Of a stretch of DNA of 22,252 bases, positions 1-11,629 are shown piece by piece. The stretch lies in the NCBI RefSeq assembly GCF_006345805.1, contig NW_021836989.1, positions 1 through 22,252 of the forward strand, given 5' to 3'. A program made the position numbers and the translations under genes. Position 1 is the first letter of the stretch. The number at the start of each line of letters is the position of its first letter. The notes below the pieces were generated by a model that saw only the letters and a list, made by a program, of their open reading frames with translations, was not told where the DNA came from and searched no databases. This DNA comes from Octopus sinensis. Its lineage: Eukaryota.

Positions 1-423
1 ATATGAAAATCTGCTAAACATAACCGGTTTATCGTGACTAAATGCAACTACTGCCAACATATACGTATGGCATACGACAAAAGCGGAGAGAATACACTTG
101 CATTTGGTATTACAGGATAATCAAGATTGTACATAAGGTTCCCCTCTAGTGTTACCTCCCCTGTTTCAGATTCCCTTCGTTCTGTCATTTCCTTGCTGTT
201 GTTTATTGCTATTTGTTATCTATTTATTAATGTCTTTATATATTTATTATCGATCACACCCTTTTCCATTGTAGGCCTCTGCCCCAACAGACTCTATCAT
301 TGTGTCTTGTTTGTTATTTTCCTATTTCGCCTTTCCACTGTCACCGCAACATCTTGTTGCGCTTTTCTACATAGCTTTTCATTCTTATTCGTCTACACCT
401 TTTTTCTTTATATTATTCGCAAT

Positions 424-427
424 ATTT

Positions 428-460
<33 letters not shown>

Positions 461-606
461 CACTACTACGACTAGTACTACTACTTTCATCATTATTGTC
501 ATCATCGTTGTCAATATCATAAGAAGCAACATCATCATCATCAACATCATTATAATTATTATTATTATTATTATTATTAGTAGTAGTAGTAGTAGTAGTA
601 GTAGTA

Positions 607-645
<39 letters not shown>

Positions 646-860
646 CAGCAGTAGCAGTAGTAGTAGTGTGGTTATCAGCATTATTGTTTATAGTCGCTAT
701 TACTATTACCATTGATATGATTATTATCATTATTCTTATTATTACCATCAGCAGTAGTAGTATTAGTAGAAGTAGTCCTCTTGTCGTTATCAACATTATT
801 GCTTGTTGTTGTTGTTGTTATTATTATTACTATTATTATTATTATTATTGTTATTCTATT
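424..860. repeat. Compound trinucleotide microsatellite (TAC/TTA/TAG/TTG)n
   Basis: Direct reading; explains the poly-L/I/V/Y ORFs at 413-997. Confidence 0.95.
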
Positions 861-1047
861 TAATCCAACGAAAATGTCTTATCAGCGGGAACAGCTGCAA
901 ATACGGCATAGAATTTCCCAGCACCAATTTTCACAGAAATCTAACAATCGCTATTTCATCGCATAATAGTGCCATCTACCAAAGGTGGCCCTCATAAATG
1001 GCCTGGCAAGCCTAGCAGAGAAAGAAACCAAAATAAAGAATGGCGAA

Positions 1048-1112
1048 TGTGGTGTGCGTGCGTGCGTGTGTCTTTGTCTGTGTGTGTGTGTGTGTGTGAG
1101 TGTGTGTGTGTG

Positions 1113-1143
<31 letters not shown>

Positions 1144-1325
1144 TGTAACTGTATGAGTCTATAGATATCTTTATGTAAGTAAGTCATATATTTGATTGTG
1201 TGTATATATTAATATATATATATGTATATATATATAAACGTGTAATACGTACGTACTTAGCATTTATGTACGCATTTGAACAGATACAGTGGAAAATATG
1301 AAACATACATATACATACTTACACT

Positions 1326-1366
<41 letters not shown>

Positions 1367-1935
1367 GTCTGTTTGTGTTTGTGTGTATCTATTTATACCT
1401 ATATATTAATTCACACACAAATAAGCGTATGTATATATATATATATATATATCACAGATTTATTATATACATCTTTATACCTACAAATACAGAAGCACAT
1501 ACATATGCTTAAATGTATACTATAAATATACAGATGCACACGCTAACACACATACATATATATATGTGTGTGTGTATGCATATATCTGTATGTATGTATA
1601 CATATACACGGATACACGCACACACACACTCATATATGCATATACATATATGTATGTATCTGTGTTATATATATATATATACGTGTATGTATGTGTGCGA
1701 GTGTGTATCTCTAAATATCTATATTTAAAGACTGATGCAAAAAATAGATTTCTTGGTTGCAAAACTAATAATCACTTACATAGAAGCACTCCCCAAAACT
1801 ATATATGGGCGTATATAGTGCGCGCGCGTTCGTGTATAGGAGTTTTGGTTACATACATAGACAATGAAAAACTGCCTCCAACAACGAACGCTTGTTCAAA
1901 ATGTACGCCAGTATATAAGCACAATTATAGACATG

Positions 1936-1971
<36 letters not shown>

Positions 1972-2360
1972 ATATATACTTATATATATATATACACGTA
2001 TATGTACACACAGCACACACACGCCACACACACACGCACAAACACACACACACACACACACACACCACACACACACACCTATATATATATATTATATATA
2101 TATATAATATATACGTTTGTGCATATGAATGTAAATATAGTTTGCATGCGAGAAATCTTATTATGTATATATATATATATAATATATATTTGTATACTCT
2201 CATAATAAAATGTGTTGTATACAAACCATATATTTACATACATTTTATATAGATATATACTCTATATATATAACTATATCATATATATATATATGTGTGT
2301 GTGTATATATATGTATATGTATATGTATATGTATATATGTATGTATATATATATATATAT

Positions 2361-2428
<68 letters not shown>

Positions 2429-2430
2429 TA
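1048..2430. repeat. (TG)n followed by interspersed (TA)n/(CA)n/(TATG)n microsatellite-rich tract
   Basis: Direct reading; ORFs here are IY/HT/CV dipeptide runs. Short unique stretches are interspersed. Confidence 0.9.
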
Positions 2431-2431
2431 A

Positions 2432-2468
2432 TAGATAGACTGATAGACAGACAGATAGATAGATATAA

Positions 2469-2549
<81 letters not shown>
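2432..2549. repeat. (GATA)n tetranucleotide microsatellite
   Basis: Direct reading. Confidence 0.95.
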
Positions 2550-2762
2550 GTAGCTATGACAGCACATGCGCACACACGCTCAAACGCAAACGCACACACA
2601 AGAACAACACACATAGTCGTATGTAGATAAAATGCATTTTTAATATCAGTTCTGTTATCGCGGAGTGGGTTGGGATCTCAATCAGTTACTTTTTGTGTGC
2701 CTGTATGTGTGAATGCAAGTGGTCTATCTCCACTTCTCGATGGATACCTACTGTAGTAGAAG

Positions 2763-2793
2763 TGTTGTTGTTGTTGTTGTTGTTGTGTTGTTG

Positions 2794-2825
<32 letters not shown>

Positions 2826-2838
2826 GGTGGTGGTGGTG
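2763..2838. repeat. (TTG)n(TGG)n microsatellite
   Basis: Direct reading. Confidence 0.95.
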
Positions 2839-3067
2839 GCATAACTTTTCTATCGCTATATATGTGAGATATGATATAGGTAATAAAAACATATATAACG
2901 ATATTTATGAGGTGTGTGTGTGTGTGTTTTCTTTTCCAGAGTGGTAAGATAGGAATGGATGATAAGATGACAAAACAAGTTGTGTTTCACTGCATGAATG
3001 TTTAATTCTCCTCAGATGAAACTGACGACCGTCAGTTCGATCCCACTATAAGTTTCACTACAACTGC

Positions 3068-3141
3068 TAATAATAATAATAATAATGATAATAATAATAG
3101 TAATAATAATAATAGTAATAATAATAATAGTAATAATAATA

Positions 3142-3184
<43 letters not shown>

Positions 3185-3297
3185 TGATGATAATAATAAT
3201 AATAATAATAGTAATAATAATAGTGAGTGTAATAATAATAATAATAATAATAGTAGTAATAATAATAATAATGATAATAATAATAATAACAATAATA

Positions 3298-3334
<37 letters not shown>

Positions 3335-3539
3335 TAATAATAATAATAATGATGATGATGATAATAATAATAATATAATAGTAATAATAATAGTGATAGT
3401 AATAATAATATAATAATAATAATAGTGGTAATAATAATAATAATAATGTTAATAATAATAATAATAACAATAATAATAGTAATAATATATAATAATAATA
3501 ATGATAATAATAATAATAATGATGATGATTAATAATATA

Positions 3540-3586
<47 letters not shown>

Positions 3587-3690
3587 TAATAATAATAGTA
3601 ATAATATAGTGATAGTATATAATAATAATATAATAATAGTGGTAATAATAATAATAATGATAATAATAATAATTATTATTATTATTATTA
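3068..3690. repeat. Long imperfect (TAA)n microsatellite ending in a short inverted (TTA)n run
   Basis: Direct reading; abuts the 5' junction of the first R4-like element. Confidence 0.95.
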
Positions 3691-5406
3691 ATAAGCACAA
3701 TATGTCGTTGTGGAATACGAATCTCCAATTATACCACTCTAATGGACTACTTGCCTCAGAAAATATAAACATCAACTGTGGAATTTTTCAGGTGACTCAC
3801 TTTCACCTTTAATATTCTGCATAGCCCTAATACCCCTTACAAGTGAATTAAACAGAACAGGGTATGTGTATAAAATTGCCAATAAAAAATAAGCCATCTA
3901 TTTTATATAGATGACTTAAAACTCTATGGTAAAGACAATAATGAACTTGAAGGCCTATTGCGCACTGTGAAAGCTTTCAGCGATGACATCGGGATGGAGT
4001 TTGGACTTGAGAAGTGTGCCAAGGCCAATTTCCAGAAAGGGAAAGTGAAGACCACAAATTCAGTCGTGTTAGATGTTGACACAGTCATAAGAGAGCTTGA
4101 GCAAGAACAAACATACAAATATTTAGGGATAAATGAAGGCTCTGGTATTCAGCATGCAAACATGAAAGAGAAGATCAGGAAGGAATGTTATAGGAGAGTT
4201 CGTGCAGTCCTGAAATCTGAACTAAATGCACGTAACAAGGTGTTAGCTATAAATTCCTTAGCAGTTCCAGTTGTTACTTATAGCTACAATGTGTTGAACT
4301 GGAATATGAGTGAAGTAAAGAATATAGACAGACGTAGATCGCCTTTACCTTCCCAGAGCCCAAGGAGGTCGAGGTCTGATCCAATTTGAACTAGCTTACA
4401 AAACAACCACAATTGAACTGGCCAAATATCTCGAAATAACGAATGACTGGATGCTAAAGCTCGTGGAAAATCACGAGAGACGAAAGAAGCTTCATTATAT
4501 CATAAAGGAAAGCAAAAAATTTGCTATTGATCTCGTGCAGGATACCCAAACTGAACAACCCGAGGGAAGTACGGCAACTATTGTTGCAAAGAAGGTGAAA
4601 ATAATGGCAACGAAAAAAGCGCACGAGCAATTGGTTGATAGGTGGGAGGAGAAACCCCTGCACGGCAAATATGTGGCCAGTAGCAAACAAGCTGATGTTG
4701 ACCAGAAGCAAACCCATCAGTGGCTACGGAGCTCAGGGCTAAAAGCAGAGAGCGAAGGTTTCATCCTGGCTGCTCAAGATCAAAGCCTATTAACCCGGAA
4801 CTACCAGGCCAATGTGATGAAAAATGGAGCAGACCCAAAATGCCGATTCTGCAACGACATGATTGAAACAGTGGACCACCTAATCTTGGATGTAAAGTCT
4901 TAGCACCAGTGGAGTATAAATTAAGACATGACAGAGTTGGCCAATATCTACACTGGCTAATAAGTCGGCATTACAATATCAAAACTGCCGACAAGTGGTA
5001 TAATCACCACCCTGAGGCTGTAACTGAAGGAGAAAATGTAACGATTCTGTGGGACTTTCCAGTACGTACAGACCGAACCATCAAGGCCAATAAACCAGAT
5101 ATTGTTGTGAAAGACCAAAACAATAAAGTTTGCTTATTGATCGACATGAGTATCCCCTGTAATCATAATATCTCAGCGAAAGAGTTTGACAAGCTCAGAA
5201 AATATAAAGACCTACTCATTGAAATTGAGAAAATGTGGCATCTCAAGGCGGTTACAATACCAGTGATCGTAAGAGCACTAGGAATGATCAAGAAGGAAAC
5301 CGAAAATTATATGAGAATGATCCCTGGCTTACCATCCCTGCAAGAAGTGCAAAAGATTGTCTTAACTGGTACATCACACGTATTGAGAAGAGCATTGTCG
5401 ATATGA
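3691..5406 (+). pseudogene. Disrupted RT / CCHC / restriction-like endonuclease ORF of R4-like copy 1
   Basis: ORFs 3609-3812, 3958-4389, 4451-4903 and 4909-5406 are colinear pieces of one protein. Alignment to copy 2 shows an internal deletion near 4330 (IDR joined to DVDRLYLP). Confidence 0.88.
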
Positions 5407-5573
5407 GAACTGTTGCTGCTCATGTATTTTAATTTAACTTAAAAATAACAAATGAACAAAGTATAGAGTTTGGTTTAATGGCTTACCAATGTATACTATG
5501 AGTTTCTTTGCCCTAGGAGTCGGGAAGACACTCGGCAAGAAATGGAAGCGAATTTGAAAGAAGAGAAAAAAAG
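3691..5573 (+). mobile_element. 5'-truncated R4/Dong-clade non-LTR retrotransposon, copy 1
   Basis: Frameshifted ORF pieces give GIFQ(G)DSLSP, FYIDD, FGLEKC, YKYLG, zinc-knuckle-like CRFCNDMIETVDH, RHD and the REL endonuclease motif KPDIVVKD..IDMSIP..K..KY..L; 3' UTR ends in an A-rich stretch followed by (TAA)n. Confidence 0.9.
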
Positions 5574-5581
5574 TAATAATG

Positions 5582-5627
<46 letters not shown>

Positions 5628-5645
5628 TAATAATAATAATAATAA
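5574..5645. repeat. (TAA)n between R4-like copies 1 and 2
   Basis: Direct reading. Confidence 0.95.
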
Positions 5646-7671
5646 CATCTGTCCTGACGGAATATACCTATAGTTTTTTAACAGACAGCAGTCTATTCCC
5701 TAATGAACAGAAAGGATGTAAACGTGGATCCTACGGCTGTAAAGACCAACTACTCATCAATAAGATGATCTTAGAAGATTGTCACAAACGACACAAAAAC
5801 TTATCAATAGCCTGGATAGACTATAAAAAGGCTTTTGATAGCCTACCACATAGCTGGATTAGGAAATGCCTTGACATGTATAAGATAGCACCAACTCTGC
5901 GAAATTCTTGACTGTAAGTATGAGATCATGGAGAACCACACTAACTCTGAACAGTGACAGTGAATCCCTAAATGCTGGTGATGTAAAAATTTCGTGTGGC
6001 ATTTTCCAGGGTGACTCACTGTCACCACTCCTCTTTTGTTTATCCTTAATACCTCTCTCAAGCTGCTCAATGACGCGCAGTACGGGTATAAATGTTTGAT
6101 AAAAATATAAATCATCTCGTTTACATGGATGATTTAAAGCTTTTTGCAAAAAATGATCAACAACTCAAGGGCTTACTAGCGATAGTCAAACAATTCAGTG
6201 ACGGCATCAGAATGCAATTCGGCCTCGATAAATGTGCAAAGGCTACCTTTATCAAAGGAAAAATGACAGAAACATCTAACGTTAACCTTGACCAACAGAA
6301 TGTCATAAAAGAACTAGACCCAGCGGAGAGCTACAAGTACCTAGGGGTAATTGAAGGGAACGGAATAAGGCATTCAGAGATGAAGGAAAGGATCAGGAGA
6401 GAATGCTATCGAAGAGTGAGACTCAAGACAGAGCTGAATGCAAGAAACAGGATCGAAGCGATCAATGCATTAGCTATACCAGTCGTGACTTACAGTTTCA
6501 ATATTGTTAACTGGTCAATTACTGAAATATGTCAGCTCGACAGAAAAATAAGGAAACTGTTGACAATGCATAGAATGCACCACCCTAAGGCAGATACAGA
6601 ACGACTCTATCTGCCAAGAAAAGAGGGAGGCCGTGGTCTTTTGCAACTGGCGATAACAATGAAGATTGCTACAATTGGCCTAGACACCTACCTGAAAAAC
6701 TCTGAGGACTGGATGTTAAAACTTGTCTCAAAACATAAAAACAAGAAAGCATCATACTCAGTCACAAAACAGGCAAAGGAACACTTTAAGTGAATTCCGA
6801 ATACAACCAATTTCGGAATTAGAGATAGATATACAAGAAACAAGCACAGAAAACTAGGCGCATGAAAACCCGTCCCAAAACTGCGGCCTTAGATATTCTG
6901 AATATAAATGGCAAGAAAACCTCTCTATGGCAAATACCAAAGAGAGCGAATAATGCAGATATCGACAAAGCCCTGACCCATCAATGGCTAATGGCCTCTG
7001 GCTTAAAATCTGAAACAGAGGGGTTTATCATAGCAGCTGAAGATCAATGCCTACCAACAAGAAACCACCAGGCCAACATATTAAAGATCAGAAGCAGTCC
7101 AACGTGTCGTGTATGCAAGCAACAAAATGAAACCATTGACCATGTGGTCTCCACGTGCAGTCTTCTAGCGCCTACAGAGTATCTCAACAGGCACGATAGA
7201 GCTGCACAATATATTCACTGGGTAATCTGTAAAAACCTGGATTTGTCCCATGAAAAAAACTGGTGGGAACACAAACCACCCCCAGTGCTTGAAAATGACC
7301 ACATCTCACTCCTCTGGAACTTCACCATTCAAACTGACAGGAAGATAGATGCAAATAGGCCAGACATCATATTGAAAGACTTCAAACAAAGAACATGCTT
7401 CCTCATTGATATGACTGTCCCAATCGATATAAACGTATCTGTAAAGACCTACCAAAAACTGGGCAAATATAAAGATCTTGAAATAGAAATCAGCAAAATG
7501 TGGAAGCTGAAGACTAAAACAATACCTGTTGTTATAGGTGCCCTGGGAATGATAGCAAAAGGGGCTGATAGCTACCTAACTCAGATACCAGGAAACCCCA
7601 AAATGGCAGAAGTTCAAAAGATAGTGCTCATGGGAACTGCTCATATCCTACGCAAAATACTCTCTATGTAA
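5644..7671 (+). pseudogene. Disrupted RT / CCHC / REL endonuclease ORF of R4-like copy 2
   Basis: ORFs 5579-5911, 5908-6099, 6092-6793 and 6862-7671 are frameshifted pieces of one protein. Confidence 0.9.
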
Positions 7672-7884
7672 TCTCAAGGTTTAAAACAAACATAATTTTC
7701 GGTTTAAGAAAAAAAAAAAAAAACTTTTTTTTTTTAGACATTCATTAGTACAACATCCCACCCCACCCCCCAAATATGCACACTAGGCATAACAACAACA
7801 TGAACTTCCAACCCTGTTGTCTCTTGAGGTCTCTGGGTGAGACTTGGAGCCAACTTGTAACATATAAAGCAAAAGTCAAACATA

Positions 7885-7885
<1 letters not shown>
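5644..7885 (+). mobile_element. 5'-truncated R4/Dong-clade non-LTR retrotransposon, copy 2 (different subfamily)
   Basis: EQKG, AWIDYKKAFDSLPH, GIFQGDSLSP, YMDD, FGLDKC, YKYLG, RLYLPRKEGGRGL, CRVC..ETIDHVVSTC, RHD, RPDIILKD..IDMTVP; 3' UTR followed by (TAA)n. Confidence 0.92.
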
Positions 7886-7931
<46 letters not shown>

Positions 7932-7988
7932 GTAATAGTAATAGTAATACTATAATAATAATAATAATAATAACAGTAATAATAATAG

Positions 7989-8021
<33 letters not shown>

Positions 8022-8087
8022 TAGTGATAACAATAATAATAATAATAATAATAATGATAATAATAAGTAATAATAATAATAATAACA

Positions 8088-8158
<71 letters not shown>
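7886..8158. repeat. (TAA)n between R4-like copies 2 and 3
   Basis: Direct reading. Confidence 0.95.
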
Positions 8159-8159
<1 letters not shown>

Positions 8160-8640
8160 GAAAATAGCAAAGTACCATACCTAGCCATTGAATTGCAGAG
8201 ACTATGGAAAGTGTGAATAAAATGTATACCTGTGGTTATGGGTGCATTGGGAACTATCCCTAAAGATCTGAACAGATCGACAGAGGAAATAGGCATAAAG
8301 CCCAGTTTAGAACAGCTGCAGAAAACAATGTTATTAGGGATAGCTAAGATACTCAGGAGGGTTCTTGGCATCTAAGGTTACTGGCTGTAACCCCATAGGT
8401 GGGTTCTTGTTGTTGTTGTTGTTAAGCAGCAAGACTGGTAAGGGTGATTAGGTGATGGTCTAGGGCTTAGAGGTGGGAGACCCCAGACCTCAGAAAAAAG
8501 AAACTTTGGTCGTCTTGTTGTAGTCGAGGGCTTTTCGTTGACGCCCGACACCACTGCGAGGTGACCCTGGTTCTAGGCATCTAAGGCTACTTGTTAGGAT
8601 TCTTTTCTTTTCCAGCAGCCTCATCTGTTGAGTGTATATG
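8159..8640 (+). mobile_element. Short 3' fragment of a third R4/Dong-clade element
   Basis: Manual + strand translation of 8159-8375: KIAKY..LAIELQRLWKV*IKCIPVVMGALGTIPKDL..LEQLQKTMLLGIAKILRRVLGI*, homologous to the C-termini of copies 1 and 2; 3' boundary approximate. Confidence 0.8.
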
Positions 8641-8653
8641 AATGATAATAGTA

Positions 8654-9006
8654 ACAAGAGCACTCAGAGAGCACCAACCTCCGACAAGGCAACACCAACG
8701 TCTTCTCAACGATTAAAAGAGATGATTTTTAAAATGAGAGTATCTGAAATAAACTCTCACAAACGAGAATATCAAAGGTGAACACGACCGCACTCAAAAA
8801 TTAACAATAGAAAAACGAAAAAAATATTCCAGAATCCTTGACTGGTACCGGATCGATCCCAAAATCTAAGGAGCTCGTGCCATTCAAAACATCCCTGAGA
8901 GTTTCATCCGAATCCACCCAGCCGTTCTTGAGATATCTTGTCCATGGACAAACAAACAAACAAACACGACTGAAAACAATACCTCCGCATTCGCTAAGGC
9001 GGAGAT
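8654..9006. mobile_element. Non-autonomous Helentron/HINE-like element
   Basis: ACAAGAG terminus, subterminal AACCTCCGACAAGG, (ACAA)n microsatellite at 8948-8965 and terminal hairpin CTCCGC-N10-GCGGAG (8983-9004); layout matches HINE/DINE-1/Pearl-type elements. Confidence 0.6.
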
Positions 9007-9055
9007 GTTGATGATGATGATGATGATGATGATGACGACGACGACGATGATGACT

Positions 9056-9210
9056 AGTCGATTACATCGACCCCAGTGTTCACTGGCTCTTAATTTATCA
9101 ACCCCCAAAAGGATGAAAGGTAAAGTCGACCTCGGCGGAATTCGAACTGAGAATGTAAATACTGACGAAAGACCGAAAAGCATTTAGCCCACTATGCTAA
9201 CTTTTCTGCC
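9056..9210 (-). mobile_element. tRNA-derived SINE (same head/core as the 11011-11843 copies)
   Basis: Reverse complement aligns to GTTCTGAGTTCAAATTCCGCCGAGGTCGACTTTGCCTTTCATCCTTTCGGGG..CTGGGGTCGATGTAATCGACT seen at 11011-11612. Confidence 0.85.
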
Positions 9211-9434
9211 ACAAATTCTACACGACCACAAATTTGCTGGGGATGGGCTAGTAGATAAAACCGATGCAATGTTTGAACACTATCTTGTTTTAGCAGATCT
9301 TGGAAGGATGAAAGTCAATGTCTAGCTCGAGAAGACTTGAACTCAGCACCGAGTACACACACGGAATGATAGACAAGAAGACATTTGTACTTCTTGTCAG
9401 AATAATTCTGTTTCTCTTTAGCTAACAAGGACAA

Positions 9435-9965
9435 TGATGATTATGATTATGATGATGATCATGATGATGATGATGATGATAGTGGTGATGATGATGACGA
9501 TGATAGTGGTGATGATGATGATAGTGGTGATGGTGGCTGTGTTGGTGTTGTTGGTGGTGGCTACGGTAATGGTAATGGTGGTGGTAGTTGTATGATGATG
9601 ATAACGATAATGATGATGATGACGATGATGATGATGATGTTGATGATGATGATAATAATGATGATGATGGTGATAGTGGTAGTGATGGCGGTGGTGCTGC
9701 TGCTGTTTCCGATGCTGCTGGTAGCGACGACGATGGTGATCATGATGGTGTTGCCGCTGGTGGCGTTAGTGTCGGCGTTCGTCAGTACTGCTGCTACTGC
9801 CGCTACTGGTGCTGCAGCTACAGCTGCTGCTGATTCTAATGAAGATAATGATGAAGATGATGATGATGATGATGATGATGAAGATGATGATAATGATGAC
9901 GATTATGATAATGAGAATGATGATAAATTATGACGATGATGATTATGATGATGATGATGGCGATG
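9435..9965. repeat. Imperfect (GAT)n/(GGT)n/(GCT)n microsatellite-rich tract
   Basis: Direct reading; poly-D/M ORFs are artefacts. Confidence 0.9.
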
Positions 9966-10235
9966 GTGACGGGGGTGGCGGCGGTGGGGATGGTTGCAAT
10001 TATGGAAATATTAAAATCACAAAAAAAAAAGGAAAAGAAAAAAGAGAGAAATCGCAATGGTTCTCATCAAACTCACATCAACGAAGTCCTCGAAAGCTTC
10101 GAGAAACATCTGTGTCTAGAATATTCTATTATTTAGAGAATATTGACGAATGACAAGACAGAGAACAGAGGGAAGAAGAGGGAAAAGGAGGAAAAGGGAG
10201 GAAAGGGAAGAAAGATGAAGATATTGTTACTGCTA

Positions 10236-10237
10236 CG

Positions 10238-10293
<56 letters not shown>

Positions 10294-10353
10294 CATATCA
10301 TCATCATCATCATCGTCATCATCGTCATCATCGTCACCATCATCGTCATCATC

Positions 10354-10397
<44 letters not shown>

Positions 10398-10503
10398 CAT
10401 TACTCCTTGTTTTCTCATTAATATTATTCTAAGAACAAATACTATTATCATTTCTATTCTATAGTTATTATTATCATTATTATCATCATCATCATCATCA
10501 TCA

Positions 10504-10537
<34 letters not shown>

Positions 10538-10617
10538 CATTATTATTATTATTATTATTATTATCATTATTATTATTGTTATTATTATTATCATTATTAT
10601 CATCATCATCATCATCA

Positions 10618-10666
<49 letters not shown>

Positions 10667-10790
10667 CATCATTATTATTATTGTTATTATTATTATTATT
10701 ATTATCATCATTAGTATTGCTGTTGTTACCAGTATTGCAGTCACTGTTCTTGTTGTTGTTGTTGTTCCTGTTATCGTTGTTGTTGTATTT
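10236..10790. repeat. (TTA)n/(TCA)n compound microsatellite
   Basis: Direct reading. Confidence 0.95.
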
Positions 10791-11010
10791 AGTATGAATG
10801 AGATTTGCACACTTCTGGATTGAAAATGAATAGATGACAAGCAATTAACAGCAGGAACGAATGTAAAATTATGTACTTGTGGTTTGTGTAAATATTTATA
10901 TAGTAGTTCCAGCACAAATGTATGTGTGTATATGCGTCTATGTGTATGTGTGTATAGGCTCATTAATGTGTAACCCTAACATGTAACTGTGATCAATATA
11001 TAGAGGTACT

Positions 11011-11612
11011 ATGATGGAGAGCTAAGCGAAACTTTAGCATGCTGGGGGAAATGCTTAGCGGTATTTCGTCTGCAGTTACGTTCTGAGTTCAAATTCTGCC
11101 ACGGTCGACTTTGCCTTTCACCCTTTCGGGGTCGATAAATTAAGTACCAGTTACAAACTGGTGTCGATGTAATCGACTTAATCCGTTTGTCTGTTCTTAT
11201 TTGTCCTCTCTGTGTTTAGCCCCTTGTGGGTAGTAAAGAAATAGGTATTTCGTCTGCCGTTACGTTCTGAGTTCAAATTCTGCCAAGGTCAACTTTGCCT
11301 TTCACCCTTTCGGGGTGGATAAATTAAGTACCAGTTACGCACTGGGGTCGATGTAATCGACTTAATCCGTTTGTCTGTTCTTATTTGTTCTCTCTGTGTT
11401 TAGCCCCTTGTGGGTAGTAAAGAAAGAGGTATTTCGTCTGCCGTTACGTTCTGAGTTCAAATTCCGCCGAGGTCGATTTTGCCTTTCATCCTTTCGGGGT
11501 CGATTAAGTAAGTACCAGTTACGCACTGGAGTCGATGTAACTGATTTAATCTCTTTGTCTGTCCTTGTTTGTCCTCTCTATGGTTAGCCCCTTGTGGGTA
11601 AATAAAGAAATA
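11011..11612 (+). mobile_element. SINE head followed by three tandem 184-bp SINE bodies
   Basis: Units start at GGTATTTCGTCTG at 11060, 11244 and 11428; each has the B-box-like GAGTTCAAATTC, the core GCCTTTCA(C/T)CCTTTCGGGGT and a tail ending AAAGAAA. Only the first unit is preceded by the 5' head. Confidence 0.9.
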
Positions 11613-11629
11613 AATATACAGAGGTACTT

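Noticed and set aside
951-1011. Possible minus-strand terminal exon (polypyrimidine tract + AG at 1012-1013; RLARPFMRATFGRWHYYAMK*)
   Set aside because: Good acceptor but no recognisable homology and no linked upstream exon; needs RNA-seq or tBLASTn
1794-1848. Small compound hairpin (ACTATATA-N6-TATATAGT within CCAAAACT/AGTTTTGG)
   Set aside because: Short and AT-rich within a TA-microsatellite region; chance occurrence is plausible
2975-3050. CTGACGA (+) and CTGAGGA..GAAAC..GTC (-) hammerhead-like words and a GTTCGATCCC B-box-like word
   Set aside because: Stems I-III cannot be formed properly, and there is no A box or tRNA fold
127-3775. Many 60-240 aa ORFs with poly-I/L/Y/N or IY/HT/CV runs (also throughout 9561-13692 and 16587-21189)
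   Set aside because: They are translations of microsatellites with no domain signal
10077-10115. Possible 39-nt minus-strand exon TQMFLEAFEDFVD with a GTGAGT donor
   Set aside because: Weak acceptor with a competing AG nearby, the sequence is largely a small palindrome, and there is no homology support
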